DNA of 64,000 bases, from NCBI RefSeq assembly GCF_006345805.1, contig NC_043013.1, positions 27,714,001-27,778,000 on the forward strand, read 5' to 3'. The translations under genes were made by a program, and so were the position numbers. The first letter of the stretch is position 1; each line of letters starts with the position of its first letter. The DNA comes from Octopus sinensis (taxonomy: Eukaryota). The notes beneath the pieces were generated by a model. It saw nothing but the letters and a program-made list of their open reading frames with translations. It had not been told where the DNA came from and did no database searches. Of the stretch, positions 52,636-64,000 are shown one piece after another.

Positions 52636-53199
52636 CGAGAGTGAGTCAAAAAGTAATGCCATTTTGTTTAGGACAGGTATAATTACCAATAGAGGAACAT
52701 GTATCATACATCAAAATGAAGCTGGTCCTCTGTGAATCACATTATTATTTCTCAACATAGTCGCCGTTTCTCTCAATAGCAATATTCCACCTTTGAATGA
52801 GAGCATGTATCCCTACCCCATAAAATTCTGTTGACTGTTCTTTGAGCCACTTCTTCAATACAGTTTTCACTTCCTTGTCACTGGAATAATTTAGCGCCTT
52901 CAGACTATCTCTTTGGCCACATGAAAGAGAGTTTGAGAGGCAGATATTATTCCAATGATGAAGAAATGAAACTGTAGTGAAGAAGTGGCTCAAAGAACAG
53001 TCGACAGAATTTTACAGGGCAGAGATACATGCTCTCATTCAAAGGTGGAACATTGCTATTCAGAGAAACAGTGACTATGTTGAGAAGTAGGGATGTGATC
53101 CCCAGAGCACCAGCTTCATTTTGATGTATGATACATGTTCCTGCGTTGGTAATTATACCCATCCTAAACAAAATGGCATTACTTTTTGAATCATCCTCG
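52636..53199. mobile_element. Foldback mariner derivative built from two 3' ends
   Basis: TA-flanked. Arms of about 255 bp are reverse complements, each encoding the transposase tail (KKWLKEQSTEFY...QRWNIAI.RN.DYVEK*); unique centre of about 55 bp. Confidence 0.9.
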
Positions 53200-53825
53200 T
53201 ACTTCAGTTATATGTATTCCGTCTTTTTAGGGAGTTAGAACCTGGGTACATTGTCCAATGTCTCTTTTCTTTATAAGGTCACATTTGAGGACCACATAGG
53301 GGCTCTCTCATTGGTTCATGCATCAAAGGATGAAGGTCTGTGCCTGTGACCTTTACAAACCATCCAAGGCTGTTGAGATTGATGTGGTTGTTACTCAGTT
53401 TGAGAAAAGATGTTCTACTGGAAAAAGACAATGAGCAATTATCACTGTAGTGAGCTCTGAATATTTTACAACAGAAATAGAGTAGACTTTACCAAAGAGA
53501 CTTCAAGACCAGGTAATTCTATCAAATCAGACATGTTAAGCCTACCATTTAAATTAGGCCTACTGCATAAATTAACCATATTGTTTGTTTTTGTTGTTGC
53601 TTTCTGTTTCAATGTCCATTTTTTCTTGCTTGGGTCAGATTATCTGGCTTGAGGCAGATTTTCGATGGTCGGATGCCTTCCCTGTTGCCAACTATCTCTT
53701 GTTTCAAAACAAGGTAATATTTCCCTTTAGCTGGACATGTTTACATGACAGGCTGGAAATGAACAAGACTGCTTACGTGACGGGGACGCTTACTTACAAC
53801 TGTCCTGTAATTTGAAAACAAGGAG

Positions 53826-54095
53826 ACACACATACACACACACATTTGTACATGTGTGCACATGTGGATACATCCATCCATACATACATACATACATATA
53901 TACATACATACAAACATGTATGCATACATATATACATGCATACATACATCCATACATACATACATGCATACATACATACATGCATGCATGCATACATACA
54001 TGCATGCATTCAAGCATACATCCATATATACATACATACATACATACAAACATATATCCATACATACAGCCATCCATCCATCCATCCATCCATAC
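53826..54095. repeat. (CATA)n/(CATG)n/(CATC)n microsatellite inside a SINE remnant
   Basis: Directly visible; a family A-type tail follows at 54095-54135. Confidence 0.95.
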
Positions 54096-54509
54096 AGCAT
54101 GGCTGCAGTCCAATGACTAAAACAAGTAAATAATAAAAGATATAATCTCTTAATCCGGCTTAATCCCTTACAAACATCACTTTGCTACTTTTCCTGTTGT
54201 GCTCTGTGTAATTGTAATGCTTTCTATACATGCATTTTCATTGTGCTGTGGACAGAATGATGCACAAAGCCTGAAATTTTTTGGGGTGGCAGCTAGTCCA
54301 TTACATTGACCCCAGTATGTAACTGGTACTTATTTTATTGACCCTGAAAGGATGGGAGGCAAAGTCAACATCAGTGAAGTTTGAACTCAGAATTAATTAT
54401 CGTCTATTATCAGCGCAAGGACCAAATTTTTGCAGGGAGGGGTAAGTTGATGACGTCAACAGGTACTTACTTTATCAACCCTGAAAGGATGAAAGACAAA
54501 GTCAATATT

Positions 54510-55196
54510 TAAACAATCTCCCAATAGGGGAAGGCACTTTAAGGTTTCTCGTGGAAAAATCCACAAAAGCCACGGGTGCCTGATCAACAGGGCTAGAGCC
54601 CTTCTCCTTTTATTTCTTCACAGGTGTACATTACTAAGAATTGGTCCTTTCACACTGGCCATTCTTCCAACATTCACCCATCTTTCAACAAACTTGCTAG
54701 AAGACAACACTTCCCTCTCCACTCTCTCTTTCCTTTACAAGTGAAACTTGAAGAAGTTGATGAAGACTTGGCCAAAGAGGAAAGTGTCTGACTTTAGCCC
54801 TTTCAGACGAGTCCACCATGCTACCTCTTTTGCTACGGCCACCAAACAAATAAAAACTGCCTATCCCTCCCACCCAAAGGAGGGCAGCATGGCAACCTTC
54901 ACTATGGATTCAGCTGATAGTCAGATCCATCCTACGCATGACAGAAGGTGTTCAAACATAATCCCACAGGTCAAAAGTACTCGGGCACTGGATGAGGGCA
55001 TGCAGAATAGTTTCATCACTCTGCACACACCTTGGGCAGGCCCAGCTGACGGCACTTCCGTGCCTGTAAAGTTTATCCCGAACAGGCAGCACCCTTCAGT
55101 AGCACTGCCAGGCAAGGGATTTCTAGAAGTTATCCATTCGCCCCCTGCCCAAAAGTTCTCCAAAACAGACCAGTTAGTTGATCTTTGTCGACACCC

Positions 55197-55198
<2 letters not shown>
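54510..55198 (-). mobile_element. L1/Tx1-clade LINE 3' fragment
   Basis: Minus strand, with frameshifts and stops, reads QSDETILHALIQCPSTFDLWDYV (CCHC finger region) ...AVFICLVAVAKEVAWWTRLKG...; AATAAA downstream. Confidence 0.7.
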
Positions 55199-55250
<52 letters not shown>

Positions 55251-55252
<2 letters not shown>

Positions 55253-55558
55253 TTGCAAGAATGTGGACAATGAGAAGAGTAACTGTTATCCCAGTAATTG
55301 TCAGGACACTCGGACTACTGATAACCAAGTTTGAGAAATATGCTGAAGAAACTAGAATTGACATGAGGGCAGAGCATGCCCAAAAACTGCTCTATAAATG
55401 GCAGATAGGATTTTGAGTGTCTTCCATGATAGTTAACATCCAAGTACCAAGTCTTATAATTTGTGGAAAGAGTCCCAGTGAGACCTCTGACAACAGATTG
55501 CTGTCCACTTTCATACAATCAACCAGAACAAGTAAGACCAAAAGCTCTGAGAAGTAAA

Positions 55559-55560
<2 letters not shown>
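55251..55560 (+). mobile_element. R4/Dong-like (restriction-like endonuclease LINE) 3' fragment in (TAA)n
   Basis: ARMWTMRRVTVIPVIVRTLGLLITKFEKYAEETRIDMRAEHAQK resembles the R4/Dong C-terminal VxVIPIVIGALG...LQK segment; (TAA)n on both sides. Confidence 0.7.
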
Positions 55561-56190
<630 letters not shown>

Positions 56191-56192
56191 AA

Positions 56193-56697
56193 TACCCTGA
56201 TGCAGTACCAGGCAGTGGCTCTCATGGGTTTTGGTTTTAAATGATTGGAAGTGTTATCATGTACATTGTTTTGTCTTGGTATAAAAGATGGGCTACAGCA
56301 AATATTCTGCTCAATACCTTAGATTTGCTTGTCAGTTGCTTGACCTTAACCAATTGAGCATGTCCCTTGGTGGCTGATAATATGTGCATCTCTGATCATG
56401 AGCAGGAATAGTGGGGGAGTATCACAGCCATGTGTTGAGAGGAATTCTTTGGGGTTTGAATAATTTACCTCAGGAACCTTTTGAGCAGGATGAGCTACTC
56501 AACCTAAAGAAAATTCTAACTGGGCTCCACCTGCAAAGTCATGTACTGTTTATCTTGATATGAGACCACCATGTCGTGCACATATGGCTTTGATGCATGT
56601 ACCTAGTATACCCTTAGATGGATAGTCATGATGGGTATATTGGGCTTCATACCCCAGTGTTACTTTGATGGCATGCACTGCTCTCTCTCACTCAATA
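56193..56697. mobile_element. Second copy of the (TAA)n-flanked element
   Basis: Colinear with 7442-7985 apart from an internal deletion; long (AAT)n on both sides. Confidence 0.8.
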
Positions 56698-56703
56698 ATA
56701 ATG

Positions 56704-56754
<51 letters not shown>

Positions 56755-57961
56755 GTTTGGATAATTGCCATTATAGATTTGTTATGGTTGAATAAATGTT
56801 CTTAATTTTAAGAAAATAACAGAAAATTCTGCTTACTAAGAATTGATTTTTCTAAAAATTTTTTCATGACTATGGAAATTCACATTTTATAATCTAAAAT
56901 TGAAAGAAAGTGTTATATAATGTGATTTTTGTGAGAAATTAATTTTTCCCTATTATGACACAAGGTCATCTTTTTGTAACTCTCTTATAGTGAAACCCAG
57001 AGCTCTTTTACTTTTACCATTATGTAATAGTGTCTACATATCTTTGATCTATTACTTGTTTCAATCATTGGACTGTGGCCATGCTGGGGCACTGCCTTGA
57101 AAGGTGTTAGTCAAACAAATCAACTACAGTATTCATTTTTTTTTTAGTCAGGCACTTATTCTGTTGATCTCTTTTGCTGAACTGCTAAGTTACAGGGATG
57201 TAAACAAGCTAATGCTGATTGTCAAACAGTAGGGAGTCGGGGTGGGGGTGGGGAACAAATACATTCTAAACACGGACATTCACACATACATATAAACATA
57301 TATACATACAAACACAGACACAATGTCACACACAGACACACACATACACACGCAATAAAGTTTGTTTTTATGTTCAGTTATAATAAAAAGAATTTTTATG
57401 CTAATCTGATGGGCAATTCTAGATTTTTGTAGAATACAAATTTATTATTCTTAAATAAGAATGTTGTTGACAGAGACTTCGAAGTTTCAGCCAGCAAAGC
57501 CAACATCATATAAATACATATAATGGGCTTCCACAGAGTTATTACTTTTCCATCAATCAAATTCAGTCACAAGGCAGTGGTTGACCTGGGGTTATAGTAA
57601 AAGACACTTGTTCAAGGTGTCATGTGGTGGGACTGAACTCAAAACCAATTCTTTGCAAAACAAGCTTCTTAACCACACAGCCAAAGTATGGGCCTAGTTT
57701 GGTGAAAAAGTATTCTTTTTTTTAATTGTTTAACCTGTTTCAGTCATTTGACTTGGGTCATGCTGGAGCACCACCCTTAGTTGAACAAATTGACTTCAAG
57801 ACTTATTTTTTGTAAGCCTAGTACTTACTCTATTGGTCTCTTTTGCTGACACACTAAGTTACAGGAATGCAAACACACCAACATTGCTTGTCAAACAATG
57901 GTGGGGGGACAAACAGGCACACGCACAAAAATATACACATGCACACACACACACATACACA

Positions 57962-57994
<33 letters not shown>

Positions 57995-58561
57995 TGGGCT
58001 TCTTTCAGTTTCTGTCAACCAAATCCACTCACAAGGCTTTGATCATCCTGAGGCTATAGTAGAAGGCACTTGCCCAAGGTGCCATGCAGTAGGACTGAAC
58101 CCAGAGCCATGTGGTTGGGAAGCAAGCTTCTTATCACACAGCCACACCATTAATGAATTTTATTTTTTTACATATTTCAGATTTTTTTTAATATTTTGCA
58201 AAATAAAACATAAAGCAAATGAAAAATATCTTTATTTGCTAAATTAAATGATTGATACATTTATTTAATTTATGAAATATCAAAAAAAAAAAAAATCATT
58301 ATTTCCATGTATCTGAGAAAACTGATAGTCTTCAGTGTGAAGTTACATAATATAAAGAATTCAGTAACAACAAATAGCTTGTTATGTCATAAATATTACT
58401 CTTGTAGGAAGAAAGAAAAAATAATGAAGAAAAACATTTAAAAAAAAATGAAATTGCAATTGAAATATGAAATATGATCAATAAATTTGGTTATTTTGTG
58501 TTTAAAAAACATTTTCTGCAAATATTATTGTAACACAGAAATGGATTTCTTAAGGCATCTT

Positions 58562-59958
58562 CTAGAACAATATTAAAGCTGATAACTTTAGCAAGCAGAC
58601 AAAGAGAAGTCCTGGTTTGCTTGTTAATATTTCCATCCCATTATTCATGGTAGATTTATTTGCGGTAACATTAGTTTTGTGTTTTACTGTGACATTTTTT
58701 CTTCTTTTCCATTCATTTTCTTTATATGTTTCCTTTTTGTCATTATCTGTTTTATGTTCAAAAGCCATTTTTTTCTCATTGTTCTTTGATTTTTTCTTGC
58801 CATTTATGATGTCATTTGAATCAGAAGATAAGAAGACAGCATCAGCCAAGGGCAGTTCCTGCTGTTTGGTTGCTACTGTAGAAGCAAGAGTTAATGTATT
58901 CACTGCGGAACTGTTGTTCAAAATATCTGTGATGAAGTTGTTCTGCAAGGTTTGATTATGTGACAACAATGATTTCAACACTTCTGCTAGTGATGAAGTA
59001 TTGTTTAAGGCAATTTCTTCCAATACAACTGTATCATTTTGTTGGCTCCTTTGAGAAATCTCAAATTCTATCCATCTTTGAAGAGCCAAGTTGTCCTGTG
59101 AATTGTTTAGTTGTGAACCGTCACTTTTTGTTACCAAATTCATATCAGAAAAATTGCTTTCTGCCAGAATTTCATTCTGCACAGCTGTTTTATCATCATC
59201 ATCATCATCATCATCATCATCGTCATCATCATTGAATTTCGAATCTAAGGAAACGGTATCAGTTGAAGTTTCATGAAAAGCTTCATTTGCTTCTTTAGAA
59301 ATATTTTCATTGAAATTGTTGGCCAGATTTGCAAATGTTGACTGTTTTTTCTGTGTAATATCTTCTGTAATACTTGACTTATTACTAAGAGACTGATTTT
59401 GTGCAATTTGTTCAAATGCTGTCTGAGGATATTTTGTAGAATTATTTGCCATGTAAAGCTCAACATCTTTTAAATAGGGCTGTGGTTTCATAAAGACATT
59501 TACAAAGCTAGATAAAGAATTGTTTTCAAACAGCTTCTTTCTAAATTTGTCTATTATATTTACACTTGTATTCTTCATTGGCATTGCACTGATTGATAGA
59601 TTTCTCTTTGGGTTAACATCATCAGTTTCTTCTTCAAAGTGAAAATCTATTAACTTGATAGAATTATGCTTCTTTTTCAATTGCCTGCTTGATTGAAGAA
59701 AAGTGTTATTTCTCATAAGAAATCTTTTACGGTTTGGATCAAAGTTTCCAGAAGAATTTCTTTGGCTGGAACTATTTTCAGTGCGTGCAGCTGAAGAATA
59801 ATCTATTATGATCAAAGAACTGGGGTCAGGGTTACCATTATTGCAAAAATCAGTGGAACAAGATTGATAACAGGTCAAAAGTTTAGAGTCACGGAAACAT
59901 TTGTTGCCCCTATTGATGTTATCACAAAGTCTGGCAAAAGATTTCACATTTCCTGTGT
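58562..59958 (-). CDS. Terminal exon of a Ly6/uPAR (Quiver/Sleepless-like) three-finger protein with a long N/S/T/D-rich stalk and GPI-signal-like C-terminus
   Basis: Acceptor (CT)n-TTCAG at 59959, phase 1, then over 460 open codons. Starts with RLC...C...CYQSCSTDFCN (LU-domain C-terminal CxxDxCN motif). About 20 N-x-S/T sequons; ends NNG + spacer + hydrophobic LLFVCLLKLSALILF*. Confidence 0.75.
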
Positions 59959-60321
59959 CTGAAGAGAGAGAGAGAGAGAGAGAGGAAAAGAGAATGAAAG
60001 AGAGAGATGTTAAAAAAAAAAGACATTTATAACAACAAAAATAACAATAGTATTAACAATAACAATAAAACATTAAACTGATAACAAATATGATGTCAAG
60101 GATAGGTACATTAATAATAATAATAATTATGTTGAAAGAAGAATTAATCTAATTTATGTATGGGAAAATCAAGGTTTCACTGTTTTTAAGAAAACATTGT
60201 TAAAAGCTGAGGGAAAAATAAAACTTGTTCTAACAAGAATATAATGAGAATGACAAAATGACAAAAGAGTCGCTTTTGTATTGTGTTTATTTATTTATTA
60301 CTCCATTACTCATTTTTCTTA

Positions 60322-60643
60322 CATATCTAGGATAAGAACGGGCTGAGCAGAGTTCAGAGAGCTTCTACCTTTGTTGGTAACTAAGGGGCTCTCCCTCAGA
60401 GTGAACGGCAGAGTGTATGATGCCTGTGTACATACAGCTATGCTACATGGCATTGAGACATGGGCTTTGACTACAGAGGACTTGCAAAGGCTTGAAAGAA
60501 ATGAAGCCAGCATGCTCTCGGTGTTCATGTACAACAGAGTGTAAATGGTTTTAAGAGAAAAACTGGGTATAAGAGGCATCAGATGTTGTGTGTTAGAGAG
60601 AAGACTGTACTGGTATTGTCATGTGATGCATATGGATGAGGAC
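60322..60643 (+). mobile_element. RTE-clade LINE ORF2 3' fragment
   Basis: SRIRTG.AEFRELLPLLVTKGLSLRVNGRVYDACVHTAMLHGIETWAL...RLERNEASML, then LREKLGIRGIRCCVLERRLYWYCHVMHMDED after a frameshift. Confidence 0.85.
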
Positions 60644-62470
60644 ACCTTCAATTTAAAAAAACGTCTTTACTGATTCATCATGTTGCAATTCTGATAATTC
60701 TTCTTGGTATTGAAACGTCAATCAGCAGTGGTTGAGTTAACCAAGACAGAAAATTCATTGCCTTCAAATCACAAAATCTGTCGTTGAAGTCCTTTATTAA
60801 GATATCCAAATGGTCAATAGTTATGGTGGCAACATCATTCATTATCTCACATTTACTCAACCAGTATAACTGATTGAAATTTCTTTTGGAAACATTTTTT
60901 GGAATATTTTGAGGGCTGTAATGAATCCAAAAATCTTTGCTTTCGCATCAACAAGCATCATGTTTGCACCTTGATGTTGTTTATTCAAGTTTCCAAGTTT
61001 CTCAAAGATGTCTTTTCTACTCTAGGCACAAGGTCCACAATTTTGGGAGATGAGTGGGGGGCAGTCAATTAGATCGACCCCAGTACGCAACTGGTACTTA
61101 ATTTATCGACCCCGAAAGGATAAAAGGCAAAATTGACCTTAGCAGAATTTGAACTCAGAATATAAAGACAGACGAAATACCGCTAAGCATTTCACCTGGC
61201 GTGCTAAAGTTTTTGCTAGCTTGCCAACTTATTTCTCAAATATGTCTGTCAAATAACTGACAAACGCTTTTCCATCCATTGTTGACAGAATTTTCATTTC
61301 ACATTTATCACAGAGAAAGTCACTAAGATGATCAAATACTTGCATGAGCCATTTAACCCTTTCGTTACCAACCTGGCTGAAACCGGCTCTGGCCCTGAGT
61401 ACAAATGTCTTGTTTTCAAAAGTTTTGAATTAAAATCTTCCACCAAACCTTAGTCACAATTTATGTTCCTAACACTAGCTTAACCCTTTTGTTACCAACC
61501 CGGCTGAAACCGGCTCTGGCCCTGTAGTACAAATGTCTTGTTTTCATAAGTTTTGTATTAAAATCTTCCAACAAACCTTAGTCACAATTTATGTTCCTAA
61601 CACTAGCTTAATGATAACTAAGTTATTTTACTAAATTCTTTGTAATATTTAAAGTAATTGAAAGAAACATGGAGCATCTCAAAATAAATACAGTAATGAA
61701 AGGGTTAAAGCTATTTCCACTTGCTATAAGCAGGGAGATTTTGTAGCTCACTTCAAGGGCACAAATGTTGGATGCCTGTTGTGCAGCAAATAGTGAATTG
61801 AGTTTTGTTCGGTTTTCAAAATTTTCTTTCAGTGATTTGAAGTACTCCAAATCTGAATTAGAATTGTTGAGATGTCTTGTCCTCAAGAGCGTTTTTAGCC
61901 TGCCTGCCTTCATTGATGCATTGCTCATTTTCTGATGACACAATAAGCAGAACGGTTTACATTCATCATGCTCATTGGGAATAAACCCAAACTTCAAAAA
62001 CCCCAACGAATATTGACGAGTCTTCTTCTTGCTTTGTTTACTCATCTTAAAAAGGGCTGACACAAATCCAAGAAAGTGATGAAGTGATGGAGATGACGAT
62101 TTTTGCACTGTGAAGAAAGAAAGGGATTCAAAGCAACAATCAGCAATGGTGAGCAGAGGTGACCTGCTGCTTTTTTAAACACTTCACACTGGACAATAGA
62201 TACTGAAACAGAAACAAATGCCTAACAAATGCAGATACTTCACTCGGTACGCTGATTGGTCATAGCTACATAGATTCCCATGGTTTAAGTAAAAATATTG
62301 CATGGCGATGTTTTTTTTTTTTTCATTTCAACGTCCAAAGATAGGCTCAGGGTCAACAAGTGTGCGTTCAAGTCACTTGAAAAAAAATGTTCACAACCCA
62401 CACTAACGCACACCCCACACTAACGCACACCCCACACCAGTTTTTTTCCACCCCACACTGGGAAACACTG
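60644..62470 (-). mobile_element. Degenerate hAT (Charlie/Buster-like) transposon, internally deleted and interrupted by a MITE and a SINE
   Basis: Terminus CAGTGTTTCCC at 62470 with subterminal repeats. BED-finger N-terminus (RQYSLGFLKFGF...PFCLLCHQKMSNASMKAGRLK), then SYLTDIFEKLGNLNKQHQG and KDFNDRFCDL segments. Confidence 0.85.
61357..61704. mobile_element. piggyBac-like MITE, type 2, with 127-bp 5' duplication
   Basis: TTAA at 61353, 61480 and 61705; CCCTTT...AAAGGG ends; 61357-61483 is repeated from 61484. Confidence 0.88.
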
Positions 62471-62524
62471 GTCTAACCCATGCCAGCATGGAAAGTGGAT
62501 CTTAGACAAAAATGATGATGATGT

Positions 62525-62568
<44 letters not shown>

Positions 62569-63740
62569 AAGATGATGATGATGATTATGATTATGATGAT
62601 TATGATATATATATATATATAGTTATCATGATGCAGATAGGCAAAATAGAACTCAAAATATGAGTGTATATCTATATATACATATTTTTATTAAATTTTA
62701 GTAGAAGCAACAGAGTGACTAAGGAGCTGAGAGTTTCGTACATTAACACTTATCACTTGATATATATATATATTACTCTAAAAATGGATTGTATAAGCTT
62801 TCAACAATGAAATGATAAAAAATTAATAAAGACAAATGTCAATTTCTTTCTACACTGTAAGTTAATGACTTTTCTGTGTCTGATGAAATCCCATTTTATT
62901 TTAATAACCATTACTAGTTTAATTATGTATAATATAATTACTACGATAGGTAAAATTTAGCATGTTAATTATGTTATGTCTGTGCTCCCCTCATCACTCC
63001 CTAAAGCTTAACAACCCCTTTGACATGCCCAGTACCACCTTGGAGGTGGTACTGCTCACATTGAGAACTTCTAGTCTAGATTGTTCCAGCAACTTTCAAT
63101 TGATTTTGCATGGTGTCCCTTCCTTTTAACCACCACATATGATTGGCTAATGTTGTAATGTTGTGCCTCTCTTGGATTTTAAAAGAGGACATGTGGTCAT
63201 TAAACCTGGCTTTAAATGGGCTCTCCATTGCTCATTTATCCAATATATTTCCATATAAATGTCTCTCTCTATTGCTATCGTTGTTATTGTTAGTGCAAAC
63301 TTTATGCATAACCCGTGTTTAGAACTCAGTGTCCATCCTTGTATATTGAAAGAGAAAGTTGTGAAGAGAACTTGAATATTATAATCAAAGTTTTCTTCCA
63401 CTGGTCTCCATAGTTACAAAGATTACAGAGTACACAGAGAAAAAACAAAACTGGAAAGTTGGTTCTGAAATTATTTGATTACATCATCTTAGACATGTGT
63501 CTGTATATAGTTTAAATATATGAATCATATATATATGTATGCATGTATATATAAGACTGTAATATACAGGTATATATAGGCATGTGTTTATATGTATACA
63601 AATATGTGTGTGTCTGTATGTACATAGATAAGTAGGTGTGTGTGTGTGTGTGTGGATGGGTGCATTTGTATACGTGTCTGTGTGTCAGTGTGTCCATGTG
63701 TATCTATACACATATATATGTGTATGACAATATCCATTAC

Positions 63741-63748
63741 CTGAGGTG
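63741..63748 (-). CDS. Candidate 8-nt microexon (CACCTCAG) of the Ly6-like gene
   Basis: T-rich tract + TTACAG acceptor, CAG|GTAATG donor. Its last G completes GAC with the AC that opens the 59958 exon. No independent support. Confidence 0.3.
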
Positions 63749-64000
63749 CTGTAAGATACAGCATAAAGAAAAAAAAAATGAGAAAATGTCTAAGATTACC
63801 AAATAAGCACAGAGATTGAGAAAAGAAGTTATATAATTTTACAAAATATTCTGTGTATGTTTATAAGCACACATTGACAAAACAATATGATACAGTTTCT
63901 TTGTTTACATAAAATTAATGATGTTTATGTTGATGTATAACTTTGTTTTTATTCCTTTGGAGGTAATTTTTTTGAGTATAGACATGTTCACCATGACGCA

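Noticed and set aside
54748-55200. 150-aa plus-strand ORF
   Set aside because: Antisense to the Tx1/L1-like fragment; no recognisable domain.

Overview
AT-rich, repeat-dense animal genomic DNA, most likely an octopod cephalopod (inferred from the tRNA-derived SINE families, trinucleotide-repeat tails and microsatellite load). Three host genes are supported by hand-spliced exons. (1) A complete 7-exon PPCS (phosphopantothenate-cysteine ligase, 310 aa, + strand, 12516-33746). (2) The first three coding exons of HIBCH (3-hydroxyisobutyryl-CoA hydrolase, - strand, 12517 to 1462, continuing off the left edge). (3) The 1.4-kb terminal exon of a GPI-anchor-type Ly6/Quiver-like protein with a long glycosylated stalk (- strand, 59958-58562, upstream exons mostly off the right edge). 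The most striking observation is that the predicted PPCS and HIBCH start codons share one CATG palindrome (12515-12518), which would force each transcript to begin inside the other gene. The second is a tRNA-headed SINE-like family that carries a minimal type I hammerhead ribozyme motif and occurs as Penelope-style inverted pairs. The rest is SINEs, MITEs (piggyBac-, hAT-, Tc1/mariner-like), LINE 3' fragments (RTE, Tx1/L1, R4/Dong-like), a foldback mariner derivative and microsatellites. Repeat boundaries are approximate and repeat family names come from recognised motifs, not database searches.
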